DNA of 64,000 nt from contig JAXHLW010000012.1 of NCBI GenBank assembly GCA_034521815.1, forward strand, positions 96,001 through 160,000, read 5' to 3'. Position numbers and translations under genes: made by a program. The notes under the pieces are model-generated. The model made no database searches. It was not told where the DNA came from and saw only the letters and a list, made by a program, of their open reading frames with translations. Shown piece after piece: positions 1 through 10,666 of this stretch. Position 1 is the first letter of the stretch, and the number at the start of each line of letters is the position of its first letter. The DNA is from Trueperaceae bacterium. Its GTDB lineage: Bacteria > Deinococcota > Deinococci > Deinococcales > Trueperaceae.

Positions 1-587
1 CACCATCTCGACCTCGCCCGCCTGGGCGGCGGCGAGCGCGTGCTGGACGCAGGCAGCGGCTCCGGCATGGACACGTTCCTGGCGGCCGCCCTGGTCGGAC
101 GAAGCGGCTCCGTGGTCGGTCTCGACATGACCGACGAGCAGCTCGCCAAGGCCCGAGCACTGCGCGACCGGCACGGCGTCGACGACGTGACGTTCGAGCA
201 CGGCTTCCTCGAGGAGGCTCCGTTCCCCGACCGATCGTTCGACGTGGTGATCAGCAACGGCGTGATCAACCTGACCCCGGACAAGGGCACCGTGTTCCGC
301 GAGCTCGCGCGGGTGCTGCGCCCCGGAGGCCGCCTGGCGATCTCCGACATCGTGTGCGAGACCGCGCTGACCGAGCAGATCAAGTGCGACACCTCGCTGT
401 GGGCGGCCTGCATCGGTGGCGCGGCGCAGCGCGACGCCTACCGTGCCTGCATCGACGAGGCCGGCATGACCGATCGTGGAGGAGCGCGAGAACCCCGGCC
501 TACCGCTTCCTGTCGCGCTCGGCGCAGGGCGCCAGCCGCGACTTCGGCGTCAAGAGCGTGTCGATCCTGGCGGAGCTCAGGAGCTGA
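1..587 (+). CDS. SAM-dependent methyltransferase, ArsM/UbiE-like (5' end outside window; apparent indels near 470-500)
   Basis: Motifs VLDAGSGSGMD, VVGLDMT, FDVVISNGVINL, LRPGGRL, WAACIGGA. The C-terminus (YRFLS...VKSVSILAELRS*) lies in another frame ending at TGA 585-587. Confidence 0.75.
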   Translation, partial: PSRPRPPGRRRARAGRRQRLRHGHVPGGRPGRTKRLRGRSRHDRRAARQGPSTARPARRRRRDVRARLPRGGSVPRPIVRRGDQQRRDQPDPGQGHRVPRARAGAAPRRPPGDLRHRVRDRADRADQVRHLAVGGLHRWRGAARRLPCLHRRGRHDRSWRSARTPAYRFLSRSAQGASRDFGVKSVSILAELRS

Positions 588-901
588 CGGCCCCGCGACC
601 TCGACCCCGCCTCGCCCCGACCTCCGCGCACGTCCCGAAGGCGGGAACGGCCACGCGCCGTTCCCGCCTCACGCTGATCGGAACGCCGCCCCGTGCTGCT
701 GGTCTCGGCGATTCTGCTGACCGACGCCGTCGCCGTCCCGATGATCGTGTGGATCTGGCCGTTGTGACCGTGCCCGGCAGGGGCGCGGGCGGGAACGATC
801 GTGTGGAAGGATCTCTTGCGCGGCACGGCCCTGCGTGTTTCTCTCGAAGCGCGCCCGGCCCCGCGTCGGCGGTGGCGCGACGCGACGAGAGGAGCCAAGC
901 C

Positions 902-1904
902 ATGGACGTCGCCGTGTTCAGTACCAAGAGCTACGACCAGACCTTCCTGGAGCGTGCGAACGAGCGCCACGGGCACCGACTGACCTTCTTCGAGGCGCGC
1001 TTGCTGCCCAGCACCGCGTCGTTGGCGGAGGGTCATGCGGCGGTGTGCGCGTTCGTGAACGACCGGCTCGACCACGAGGTCCTGAAGGCGCTCGCCGGTC
1101 TTGGCATCTCGCTGATCGCGCTCCGCTCGGCCGGGTTCAACCACGTCGACGTCCGCGCCGCCAAGCGCTTGGGACTGAGCGGTCGTCCGTGTGCCGGCCT
1201 ACTCGCCGCACGCCGTCGCCGAGCACGCGCTGGCGCTGCTCCTGGCCCTGAACCGCAAGATCTACCGCGCCTACAATCGCGTGCGCGAGGGGAACTTCGC
1301 GCTGGACGGCCTGATCGGGTTCGACCTGCAGGGCAAGACCGTCGGCGTCGTCGGGACCGGCAAGATCGGCGCGACGTTCGCGCAGATCGTGAAAGGGCTC
1401 GGCTGCGAGGTGCTGGCGCTCGATCCGTACCCCAACCCGGAGCTGCAGGGCGTGGCGAGCTACGTCTCTCGCAACGAGCTTCTGGCCCGCTCGGACGTCG
1501 TCTCGCTGCACTGCCCCCTCACGCCCGAGACGCATCACATGATCGACGACGCGGCGATCGATTCCATGCGCGAGGGCGTGACGCTGATCAACACCAGCCG
1601 CGGGCAGCTGGTCGACACCCGCGCCGTGATCGAGGGGCTCAAGCGCGGACGCATCGGACGGCTGGGCCTGGACGTGTACGAGGAGGAAGGCGACCTGTTC
1701 TTCGAGGACCTCTCGAACCGGGTGATCCGCGACGACGTGTTCTCGCGGCTGCTGACCTTCCCGAACGTGCTGATCACCGGTCACCAAGGGTTCTTCACCG
1801 AGGAGGCGATGCAGAACATCGCCGAGACGACCCTCGCGAACGTGCGCGCGTTCGAGACCGGCGAGGGAGAGCTCCACGAGGTGACGTCGGACATGGTGGC
1901 GTAG
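902..1904 (+). CDS. ldhA: D-lactate dehydrogenase / D-2-hydroxyacid dehydrogenase (frameshift near 1175-1190)
   Basis: [20 protein letters not shown]...[11 protein letters not shown], then [40 protein letters not shown] in the next frame. Confidence 0.85.
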
Positions 1905-1907
1905 CGG

Positions 1908-3446
1908 GTGCCCACCTGGCTGCAGGCGCTGCTGGCCGGCCTGCCGATCGTCGTGATCCTGATCGCGATGCTGGGAGCCCGCTGGTCGGCGGCACGCGCG
2001 GGGGCGGCGGGCCTGGCGCTCACGTTGCCGGTCGCCTGGCTGGCGTTCGGGTACGGGCGGACGGTGCTGCCGGAGCTGGGTCCGGTCGTCGCGACCGGGG
2101 GCGCGCTGGCGGAGGCGGTGTTCATCGCCGCGACGATCCTGTGGATCATCTTTCCCGCGTTATGCATCCACGAGCTCCAGCAGCGCACCGGTGCGCTGGA
2201 GGTGCTGAGGAGCGCGATGGGCAGGCTGTCGCCCGACCCGAGGATCCTGGCTCTGCTGGTCGCCTGGTTCTTCGTGCTGTTCGTGGAGGGCGCGGCCGGC
2301 TTCGGGACCTCGGTCGCGCTGGCGGCGCCGTTCCTGGTGGCGGCCGGCTTCGGCCGCGTGGAGGCGGTCACGATCGCGCTGGTGGGCCACTCGGTCGGCG
2401 TGTCGTTCGGCGCGGTCGGAACGCCGATCCTGCCGCAGCTGGCGGTCACGCCGTTCAGCGGACCGGAGCTGGCGTCCGCCACGGCGGCGTACCACAGTTT
2501 GGTGGGCTGGGTGATGCCGCTGGTGGCGATGCTGCTGGTGACCCGCACGCTGCCGCAGGGGCAGCGATCGGGACCGGCGATCTGGGGCTGGACGCTGGCC
2601 GCCGCCGCGCTGTTCCTGATCCCGCATCAGCTGATCGCCACCTTCGTCGGACCGGAGCTGCCGACGCTGGGCGGCTCGCTGGTGGGCGGAGCGGCGTTCG
2701 TCGGCGCGCTGCGGGTGGCCAGGAGCCGCTCGCCCGAGGCGGCTTCGCTGGACGCGGGCGCGCCCGCCGGCGGCGTGCCGCGGGCGGCGGCGCCCTACCT
2801 GGCGCTGGTGGGGCTGGTGCTCGCGACCCGGTTGCTGCCGCCGGTGCGCGAGGCGCTGACCGCGCTGGAGCTGGGCTGGAGCGCCGGCCCGTTCAGCGGC
2901 GCGTTCGCCGTTCTCTACCATCCGGGCACCTTGCTGCTGGCCAGCTTCGCGGTCGGCGCGGCGATCCAACGGGCGGCTGCGCGCGACGTCACGGGCGCCA
3001 TGCGTGCCGCGCTGCGTCAGCTGATCCCGGTCACGATGGCGCTGGTCGCGATGCTGGCGATCTCGAGGCTGATGGTGTATTCGGGCATGATCGACGCCCT
3101 GGCCGCCGCTGCCGCTGCCGCGGCCGGCGGCCTGTGGCCCCTGTTCGCGCCGTTCGTCGGCGTGCTGGGCACGTTCGTGACCGGCTCGGCCACGGCGTCG
3201 AACATCCTGTTCACCGATTTCCAGCAGGCCACCGCCCAACGGCTGGGGCTGCCCGCCCTCCCCCTGATCGGCGCGCAGGGGTTCGGTGCCGCCGTCGGCA
3301 ACATCGTCTGTCCGCACAACGTGATCGCCGCGGGCGCCACGGTCCAGCTCGCGGGCCGGGAGGGCGAGGTGCTGCGGCGCACGCTGGGCGTCGCGCTGGG
3401 GTACGCCCTGCTGGGCGGGCTGGCGGCCCTGTTCGTGTACGTCTAG
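1908..3446 (+). CDS. lctP: L-lactate permease (LctP family)
   Basis: Multi-TM protein with EGAAGFGT, SFGAVGTP, GSATASNILF; starts 3 nt after the ldh stop. Confidence 0.85.
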   Translation: MPTWLQALLAGLPIVVILIAMLGARWSAARAGAAGLALTLPVAWLAFGYGRTVLPELGPVVATGGALAEAVFIAATILWIIFPALCIHELQQRTGALEVLRSAMGRLSPDPRILALLVAWFFVLFVEGAAGFGTSVALAAPFLVAAGFGRVEAVTIALVGHSVGVSFGAVGTPILPQLAVTPFSGPELASATAAYHSLVGWVMPLVAMLLVTRTLPQGQRSGPAIWGWTLAAAALFLIPHQLIATFVGPELPTLGGSLVGGAAFVGALRVARSRSPEAASLDAGAPAGGVPRAAAPYLALVGLVLATRLLPPVREALTALELGWSAGPFSGAFAVLYHPGTLLLASFAVGAAIQRAAARDVTGAMRAALRQLIPVTMALVAMLAISRLMVYSGMIDALAAAAAAAAGGLWPLFAPFVGVLGTFVTGSATASNILFTDFQQATAQRLGLPALPLIGAQGFGAAVGNIVCPHNVIAAGATVQLAGREGEVLRRTLGVALGYALLGGLAALFVYV

Positions 3447-3503
3447 GCCGACCCTACGCGGTGCGCTACCGTGATAGACGCGACTACCGAAGGAGGTCCG
3501 AGC

Positions 3504-4499
3504 ATGGCAAGCAAGGTCCGCTGGGGCATATTGAGCACCGCCAAGATCGGCGTCGAGAAGGTCGTCCCCTCGATGCAGAAGGCGTCGAACCTGGAGGTCG
3601 TCGCGATCGCGTCGCGCGACGGCGAACGCGCCCGCCAGGCGGCCGATCGGCTGCACCTGCCGCAGGCGCTCGACAGCTACGAGGCGCTTCTGGCCTCGCC
3701 CGACGTCGAGGCGATCTACAACCCGCTTCCGAACCAGCTGCACGTTCCGTGGACGATCCGCGCGCTCGAGGCAGGCAAGCACGTCCTGTGCGAGAAGCCG
3801 ATCGCGCTCACGGCGGACGAGGCGCAGCAGCTCGCGGACGCCGCGGACGCGCACCCCGAGCTCAAGGTGATGGAGGCGTTCATGTACCGCTTCCATCCGC
3901 AGTGGCGCACCGCGCGCCGCTGGGTCGAGGAGGGCGAGGTGGGCGAGCTTCGCACCGTGCATTCGCACTTCGCCTACCGGAACCTCGATCCCGACAACAT
4001 CCGCAACCGGCCCGAGACCGGGGGTGGCGGGCTGATGGACATCGGCTCGTACGACGTGTCGCTGTCGCGGTTCCTGTTCGGGCGCGAGCCCGAGCGGGTG
4101 GTCGCCGCCATCGAGAACGATCCCGACTTCGGGGTGGACCGCCTGGTGAGCGCCATGATGGACTTCGGCGGCGGCGCCACGGCCACGTTCACCTGCGCGA
4201 CGCAGCTCGAGCCGTACCAGCGGGCGCACGCGTTCGGGACGCAGGGCCGCATCGAGATCGAGATCCCGTTCAACGCGCCAACGACCGGAACCACCCGAAT
4301 CTTGCGCCAGCGCGGCCTGGAAACGCGCGAGGTCGCGTTCCGCGACGCCGATCAGTACACGCTCCAGGGCGAGGCGTTCTCGCGCGCGGTGCTGGAGGAC
4401 ACGCCCGTTCCCACGCCGCTGAGCGACGCGGTCGCGAACATGCGCGTTCTGGACGCGATTCGCGAAAGCGCATCGCGAGGAGGCTGGGTCGCGGTCTGA
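3504..4499 (+). CDS. Gfo/Idh/MocA family oxidoreductase
   Basis: AGGAGG RBS; VRWGILSTAKI, YNPLPN, GKHVLCEKP, GGGLMDIG. Confidence 0.9.
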   Translation: MASKVRWGILSTAKIGVEKVVPSMQKASNLEVVAIASRDGERARQAADRLHLPQALDSYEALLASPDVEAIYNPLPNQLHVPWTIRALEAGKHVLCEKPIALTADEAQQLADAADAHPELKVMEAFMYRFHPQWRTARRWVEEGEVGELRTVHSHFAYRNLDPDNIRNRPETGGGGLMDIGSYDVSLSRFLFGREPERVVAAIENDPDFGVDRLVSAMMDFGGGATATFTCATQLEPYQRAHAFGTQGRIEIEIPFNAPTTGTTRILRQRGLETREVAFRDADQYTLQGEAFSRAVLEDTPVPTPLSDAVANMRVLDAIRESASRGGWVAV

Positions 4500-4550
4500 G
4501 TCGACTCGGCCCGCGCGCGGTGCCCGGCGACCCGCCCACCTTCCGATCCC

Positions 4551-5705
4551 TCACACGATGTTCGCCTCGGCGCGCGGCGCCCCGGCCGCGAACCGGTCGT
4601 GACGCAGCGGACCGAGGTCCAGCGTCGAGGCGCGGCCGTCCACGACCTCTTCGGCGATCAGCCGACCGACCATCGCCGCGTGCTGCACGCCGTGGCCGGA
4701 GAAGCCCGCGGCGTCGATCCATCCCTCGGCGTCCGGGTGGCGTCCCAGGATGGCGTCGTGGTCGGGCGTGACCTCGTAGTAGCCCCACCAGCTGGCGCGC
4801 CGGTCCAGGCCGGCGATCTCGAGGAACGGGAACCGCTCCAGGGCGGCATGCAGCGTGGGCTCGAGCCACGACCAGTCGATGCCCTCGACGAATCCGGGCG
4901 CCTCGTCGGGATTCGACCGGCCGAACAGAATGCGGGCGCCCTCGCTGCGTACGTACACCCCGCTGGCCACGTCGACGGTCAGCGGGTAGTGGTGCTCGTA
5001 CGGTAGCGGAGCGGTGACGAACACCATGCGGCGGGCCGGCTCGATCGGCAGGGTCAGGCCCGCTGCGGCCGCGACGCGGCCCGCCCAGGCGCCGGCGGCG
5101 TTGACGACGGTGGCGGCCTCGATCGGTCCTGCGGGGGTCTCGACCCGCCAGCGCCCTCGCTTCCTGCGGGCCGCCAGCAACGGAGTCTCGAGACGAAGCC
5201 GGGCCCCGCGCTCCTTGGCCATCCGCAGGTACGTCATCGTGATCGAGTGGGGGTCCACCACGCCGTCGGCAGGACCGTGGGTGGCGGCGTGGACCCCGGA
5301 AGGATCGAACGGCACGATCCCCCGCGCCGCGAGCGGGTCCAGGACGTCGACCGGCACGCCCAGGCGGCGCTGCAGCTGGACCCCTGCCAGGTGCGCCGGC
5401 CAGCGCGCTTCGGGAACCAGGAACAGGTACCCCTGGGGCCGGTACCCCGACGAGACGCCGTAGCGCTCCTCGAACTCGCGGTACTCGGCGATGCTCTCCC
5501 GCGAGAGCAGGACGTTGATCTCGCTGGTGAACTGAATCCGCACACCCGCGGCGCTGCGGCCGGTCGAGCCGGTCGCCGGCGCCTCGGCCGCTTCGAGGAT
5601 CGTCACGTCCAGCCCGCGCTCGGCCAGGCGGTACGCGATGGCGGCGCCGACGATGCCGGCGCCGACGACCAGGACGTCGGCGGCTGCGGGGACGGGGGTC
5701 GCCAT
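4551..5705 (-). CDS. FAD-dependent oxidoreductase (sarcosine oxidase beta / DAO family)
   Basis: VVGAGIVG, STGRSAAG, VVNAAGAW, TPDH, GFSGHG; TAGCGT 5 nt before the ATG. Confidence 0.85.
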   Translation of the reverse strand: MATPVPAAADVLVVGAGIVGAAIAYRLAERGLDVTILEAAEAPATGSTGRSAAGVRIQFTSEINVLLSRESIAEYREFEERYGVSSGYRPQGYLFLVPEARWPAHLAGVQLQRRLGVPVDVLDPLAARGIVPFDPSGVHAATHGPADGVVDPHSITMTYLRMAKERGARLRLETPLLAARRKRGRWRVETPAGPIEAATVVNAAGAWAGRVAAAAGLTLPIEPARRMVFVTAPLPYEHHYPLTVDVASGVYVRSEGARILFGRSNPDEAPGFVEGIDWSWLEPTLHAALERFPFLEIAGLDRRASWWGYYEVTPDHDAILGRHPDAEGWIDAAGFSGHGVQHAAMVGRLIAEEVVDGRASTLDLGPLRHDRFAAGAPRAEANIV

Positions 5706-5738
5706 GCGGGACGCTAGCACGCGAGCGCGGACCGTCGA

Positions 5739-6518
5739 TCAGCGGTCGCGGACGGCGAACACGCCCCCGGCCGCGGCCGCCAGCGCGGCGGCCCAGAGGA
5801 CGCTGCTCGCCGCCCCCCAGAGCAGGGTCGGTCCGGGCAACGCGTCGCGCAGCAGGACCGCGATCGGGCCGACCAGCACCGGGACGCCCAGCGTCTCGAG
5901 CAGCCCGACGCGTACCGCCTCGGCGGGGTTGGCCAGCAGCGCAATGATCAGCAGCCCGCCTAGGGGCCGGTCCGGCAGCGCCGTCGCCAGCGCGACCACC
6001 GCCGGTCCGTACGCCAGCGTGCCGGCGGCCCAGGCGACCAGGCCCAGCGCCAGCCCCCGGGTCGCGTCCAGCGTCGCGGCGGCCACCAGCGCCGCCAGGG
6101 CCGTCCAGACGGCGACCAGGGTCGCGAGCGCCACCAGCAGCAGGCCCAGCTCCAGCGGACTCGACGCGAGCACGATGCCGGCCAGGCCGGCGCCCAAGGC
6201 GAGGGGAACGAACGTGCCCACGCCCACCCCGATCGCTGCACGCACGTAGGCGCGCCCCGGGGACCTCTGTAGCGCAGCCCAGAACGCCCAGGTCTCGCGC
6301 CGGGCCAGGAGCGGCGCGGCGATCACCATCACCAGCGGAGGCACGTACAGCTGCAGCGCCGCGACCAGGCTGACCAGGCCCACCGCCCCCTCGCGGCCGC
6401 GAAACGCCAGCGCCAGCAGCGCGACCGCCACGCCGGCGGGCCACACCCACGGGTTGCGCAGGACCTCGCGCGCGTGGAGGGTGGCGAGGCCCGGCAGCCA
6501 GCGGCGGCGCGACCTCAC
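5739..6518 (-). CDS. ABC transporter permease, NosY-like
   Basis: Hydrophobic multi-TM protein with LANP motif; GTG start overlaps the upstream TGA; last gene of the nosD/F/L-like operon. Confidence 0.65.
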   Translation of the reverse strand: MRSRRRWLPGLATLHAREVLRNPWVWPAGVAVALLALAFRGREGAVGLVSLVAALQLYVPPLVMVIAAPLLARRETWAFWAALQRSPGRAYVRAAIGVGVGTFVPLALGAGLAGIVLASSPLELGLLLVALATLVAVWTALAALVAAATLDATRGLALGLVAWAAGTLAYGPAVVALATALPDRPLGGLLIIALLANPAEAVRVGLLETLGVPVLVGPIAVLLRDALPGPTLLWGAASSVLWAAALAAAAGGVFAVRDR

Positions 6519-7009
6519 CAGGGCGGAACCCAGGGGCGCTGGGCGGCCAGCGCGGTCGCCTCGCTCCAGTCCAGGATCGCCGCGTCGCTCAGCCGGTTCG
6601 ACGCGCCGAACGTCTGGGCCTCCGAGGCGGTCGCGAACGCGGCGAGCCCCCCGCCCATCGGCGTGCGCAAGCGCGGATGGTGCAGCAGCACGGCCGCGTC
6701 CGCCGCCAGCCAGGCGACCGAGGTGCGTCCCGACGCGACGCGGTCGGAAAGCCAGCGCTCGCGCAACGCCGGCGGGGGAGGCCCGTGGCCCGCTTCGTGG
6801 TCCAGCAGGCACTCGATCGCGTCGTACGTCAGGACGCGCCCGCCCTCGCTCACGCCCTGCGCCGCGAAGCGACCGTCGATGACCGGCATGTTGCAGTACG
6901 GGCAGGCGTCCACGCCCACGTTCAGCTCGCGCGGGTCGGCGAACGCCGCCGGAAGCGTCAGCGCGGCACAGGCCGCGAGCCCGCGCGTCAGGAAGCGGCG
7001 ACGATCCAC
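6515..7009 (-). CDS. nosL: NosL family copper chaperone with Tat signal
   Basis: MDRRRFL Tat motif, CPYCNM, YDAIECL, TPMGGGLAAF. Confidence 0.8.
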   Translation of the reverse strand: MDRRRFLTRGLAACAALTLPAAFADPRELNVGVDACPYCNMPVIDGRFAAQGVSEGGRVLTYDAIECLLDHEAGHGPPPPALRERWLSDRVASGRTSVAWLAADAAVLLHHPRLRTPMGGGLAAFATASEAQTFGASNRLSDAAILDWSEATALAAQRPWVPPW

Positions 7010-7010
7010 C

Positions 7011-7795
7011 TCAGCCGTCCAGCAGCCCGCTGGCGCGGGCGAGCAGCGCGATGAGGTTCATCTCCGGGAGCGGCGCCAGGTCGGCGATCGTCACCGCGTC
7101 CAGGAAACGGTGACGCCCGGGCGCGTCCAGCCGGCCCAGGGCGGCCACCGCCGCATCGTCGTTCGGGTAGGCGGCCATCTTCGCGGCCATCGAGACGCGC
7201 AGGCCCTCCGCCCAGAGGTAGGTCGCTTGCCGGGACAGCATCAGCCCGTGCCGCGGCGCCTGCGGGGCCCCCTCGTCCGCGACGTAGAACGTCGCGCCGT
7301 GCCCGTCGCGAACGCCGGTGGCGTAGGCGTAGTTGTGCAGGCAGGCGACGGACTCGAAGTGCAGCGCCTCGCTGGCCGCCGTCGCCGGCATCGTCCGCCA
7401 AGCGGAGCTGCGCGTAGGTGCGCTCGCGGAAGCCGGGGGGTAGCGCGCCGCCCTCGGGCGTCGCGATCGTCATGCCGCAGAACGCGCAGCGGCCCTCCTG
7501 CCACGGAATGTCGGCGGCCGGCAGGACGTCCGGTCCGATCGGGTGACCGGCGCCCATCGACATTGCGGCCTGGTCGGCGTCTTGCCCGTGGCTCATCTGC
7601 GCCAGCGCGGCGCCGCTCAGGAGCGGTGCGGCCAGGAACGGTGCGGCCAGGAACGGTGCGGCCAGGAACGGTGCGGCCGCTCCCGCCTTGGCGAGGGTGA
7701 GGAGGAAACGGCGGCGCTCGGGGACGTGGCTGTCGGGGCAGTGACGGTCGGAGCCGTGGCGGTCGGGTGCTGCGGGGATCGTCGGATCGGGTCAT
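7011..7795 (-). CDS. Second NosL-like Tat-exported metal-binding protein (apparent indels near 7775 and 7385)
   Basis: GGGAGG RBS and ATG at 7795; ERRRFLLTL Tat motif; His/Met-rich segment; CAFCGM; then FESVACLHNY and SMAAKMAAY in the next frame. Confidence 0.65.
7618..7678. repeat. 15-bp tandem repeat x4 (CAGGAACGGTGCGGC), encoding AAPFL repeats in a signal peptide
   Basis: Directly visible. Confidence 0.9.
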
Positions 7796-8262
7796 GCGGG
7801 GCCTCCCGTTCGAGCAGCGGGATCAGCGACTCGGAGCGCGTGCTGCGACGGTCGGTCGGGCGAGCGAGCTCGATCGTCGGCTCGAGACGTCGCAGTCCGT
7901 CGACGCGCCGCGTCAGGCGGCGGCGTCGACGCGGACCAGCGACCGGCTGGGAGGCGCCACGCGCCCATCGCGACGACGCGGTCTTCGCCACAGGCATCGG
8001 CGCTTGCGACCGGTCGCGCGGATCGGCGCCACCAGCGATCGCTGGCTCTTCGAGACGGACCTGGGGCGCCGGAGCCACGATCTGCACCGCCCCGAGCTGG
8101 ACGATGCGGGCGTGCAGCGCAGGAACGCAGCCGTCGTCCGGGACGTCCGCCAGCACCGCGCCGTACCCCGGAGCGAGCAGCAGCGCGATCGCGAGGTGGA
8201 GTGGAAGCAGCAGGCGGAGCGCCGAGCCGCACCGCATCCGTCCGCACGGCGTCAGTCCGCAT
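7792..8262 (-). CDS. Hypothetical protein, possibly exported; frame uncertain
   Basis: Fills the gap between nosF-like and nosL-like genes with overlaps at both ends. A signal-peptide-like stretch (LRLLLPLHLAIALLLAPGYGAVLA) is in an adjacent frame. Confidence 0.3.
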   Translation of the reverse strand: MRTDAVRTDAVRLGAPPAASTPPRDRAAARSGVRRGAGGRPGRRLRSCAARPHRPARGGADRGSGAPGPSRRASDRWWRRSARPVASADACGEDRVVAMGAWRLPAGRWSASTPPPDAARRRTATSRADDRARSPDRPSQHALRVADPAARTGGPA

Positions 8263-9082
8263 CGTCGCCCTCCAGCACGGCCTTCAGCCTGGGACCGGGT
8301 CGCCGCCGGACGGCGCCGCCGCCGGGAACCTCGACCGGCCGACCGGTCGTCACGGACTCCAGCACGAACAGCTCGGAGACGGGCCACCGCCCCAGCACGC
8401 GTCCCCCGCGCATCAGCAGCGCCTCGTGCGCGAACGCCTCGACCTCCTCGGGCCGGTGCGCGCTGGTGACGACGGTGCCGCCGGCGGCGAGGTGATCGTC
8501 GACCCAGGCGGCCAGCCGCGCCAGGCCGCCGGCGTCCAGCGCCGACGCCGGCTCGTCCAGCAGCCATAGCGGCGGCGCGCCGATCAGGCCTGCGGCCAGC
8601 GCCAGCCGTTGTCGCATGCCGCCCGACAGGCGGGCGACGCGCAGGTCCAGCACCTCGCCGAGGCCCATCCGGTCGGCTGCGACGCGCACGGCGTCCGGAC
8701 CTTGCGTCCGTGCGCGCGCCGCGGCCGCCAGGACCTCCCAGCCGCGAAGGTGGACGGGCAGATCGATCCGTTGCGGGACGTAGGCGCGCAACGCCGCGGC
8801 GCCCGGCCGACGCGGCCCGACGCCCAGGATCCGGACGTGGCCGCGGCGGGGCCGGAGCCGTCCGGCCAGGACGTGCAGCAGGCTGGACTTGCCGGCGCCG
8901 TTGGCGCCGATCAGCGCCAGCGCGCCCGGCTCGAGGCGGAGGCTCACCTCACGTAGCCGACCCGGCACCGAGACGTCGTCGATCGCGATCACCGGATCGG
9001 CGTGCCCGCTGCCGGGTCTTGCCGCGACGCCGTGGTCCAGCCCGCCCGAGGGACGCTCGTTCCGACTCGGATGCGGCTTCAC
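8252..9082 (-). CDS. ABC transporter ATP-binding protein, NosF-like
   Basis: Walker A GANGAGKS, LSGGMRQR, LLDEP, SAH; GTG overlaps the nosD-like stop. Confidence 0.85.
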   Translation of the reverse strand: MKPHPSRNERPSGGLDHGVAARPGSGHADPVIAIDDVSVPGRLREVSLRLEPGALALIGANGAGKSSLLHVLAGRLRPRRGHVRILGVGPRRPGAAALRAYVPQRIDLPVHLRGWEVLAAAARARTQGPDAVRVAADRMGLGEVLDLRVARLSGGMRQRLALAAGLIGAPPLWLLDEPASALDAGGLARLAAWVDDHLAAGGTVVTSAHRPEEVEAFAHEALLMRGGRVLGRWPVSELFVLESVTTGRPVEVPGGGAVRRRPGPRLKAVLEGDDAD

Positions 9083-10666
9083 GAGCGGACTCCGCCTGCG
9101 CCCGACGTTCGTCTCGCGAGGACCGACCGGACGGAACCTGCGACGATCGAAGCGACACCGATCATCGCGGCGATCGCGACGACCAGGACGGAGGACGCGA
9201 TCCCAGGCGCCGACGCCGGTCGTTCTCCGGAACGGGCGACCGGCCGGGGGGCCGGATCGTGGAGGGTGGCCATCCGCAACGCCGGGACGCTGGCCTCGGC
9301 CGCCTCCCAGAGCGTCACGCCCGGGCTCAGTGCGAACAGCGACAGGTCCGGGGTCCGGCTGGTCAGCAGCGCGAACGAGGAGGTGGGCAGGTAGGGCACG
9401 TCCGAGATCCCGTCGCCGTCCCGGTCCAGCCGGGAGGCCGCGTCGAACGCGTTCCCCTCGAGGCGCACGGAGGCGTCGGGGTCGTCCACCGCGACGTCCG
9501 CGACGTTGCCGGTGAAGCGGTTGCCGCGCAGACGGACGGCGCTGGCCGTGGCGTCCGGCGTGCGGCGCACCAGCAGGCCGGTGCCCGAGCCCGAGATCTC
9601 GACGTTCTCGATCGACGACGCCGGACGCCGAGACCACCATCGCGCCGATCGTGTTGCCGTGCAGGGCGCCGCCGCGAACGGTCGCGCCCGGCCATCTCCT
9701 GCACCAGCAGGCCGTACGCCAGCGGGCCTTCGTGTCCCTCGAAGCGGTTGCGCTCCAGCAGCGCGTCGCGGCCGTACATCACCGCGGAGCCGACGCCGCC
9801 GTTCTGGACGACGCTGTCCCGCACCCGCAGGCCGGCGCTGAACATGACGTGGAGGCCGTACCTCCGGGCGCCGTCGACGACGGCGCCGTCGATGCGGACG
9901 TCGTCGCTGCGCTCGATGTAGAGCCCGTCGAGGAACCCGTCGATCCGCACGCCGCCGAGCGTCAGCCGGTCCGCGTGGTAGGCGGTCAGGCCGGGACCGC
10001 TCGGTGCGTGGGCGAGTCGTTCGTCGGCGCGCGCGTCGGATCGGTGCGTCGTGCCCCGGAGAGACGTGCGCCCTCGATCCGCACGTCGCTCGAGTCCTCG
10101 ATCCGGAGGCCGGCGGGCGTGCCGGCCGCGTCGAGGTCGGTCAGCCGGCAGCCGTCGCAGCCCAGGAGCCAGGCGGCGGCGTCGGGGGCGTACAGATCGG
10201 CGACCGAGCCGGCGTCGCGGACGCTCAGCCCGTGCACCTCGATGCCCGGCGCGGCCAGGATCAGCGCCGATCCGTCCGCGGGTCCGTGCAGCTCCGCGCC
10301 GGCCGCGTCGACGCGGACGTCCTGCGGCGTCGATCTCCCACGGCCCGGCGTACCGTCCCGGAGCCAGGTGGACCTGGTCGCCCGCGGCCAGCGTGGGCCA
10401 CGGGTCGCCGGGACGCAGCTCGTGCAGGGTGGGGTCGACGATCGCCGGTCGGGTACGAGGGGCGGAGCGCTCTGCGCCGAGGCGCGCGTCGCGAGTCGCA
10501 GCCGAGCGCGCAGGAGCAGCGCGAGAGGAGCAGTGCCGAGAAGCGACCGCCAGGTGCGACCTGCGGCCGACCAGTGGTCGCGAGGTGCGAAGGCGCTGAC
10601 GCTCGCATCGGCGCGTGCATGGGCGTCTACTCTATCCGGTGGCGCGGACGCTCGCGGCCGAGCCAT
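9079..10666 (-). CDS. nosD: NosD-like periplasmic beta-helix copper protein, broken by several indels
   Basis: Fragments: GIEVHGLSVRDAG...APDAAAWL; IDGFLDGLYIERS...RRYGLHVMFS...GSAVMY; LRGNRFTGN...LDRDGDGISDVPY...LHDPAP plus a C-terminal TM. Confidence 0.7.

Noticed and set aside
476-4771. 1431-aa ORF and other very long Arg/Gly/Pro-rich ORFs (e.g. 13170-16763, 21612-24038)
   Set aside because: Shadow frames of real genes in high-GC DNA; only the ldhA N-terminus within this ORF is real.
7618-7678. Short repeat arrays as possible CRISPR
   Set aside because: Head-to-tail units with no unique spacers and no cas genes.
7792-8262. CutF/DUF2946-type copper-sensing leader peptide
   Set aside because: No CxxC or terminal RAPP motif in the plausible frames.
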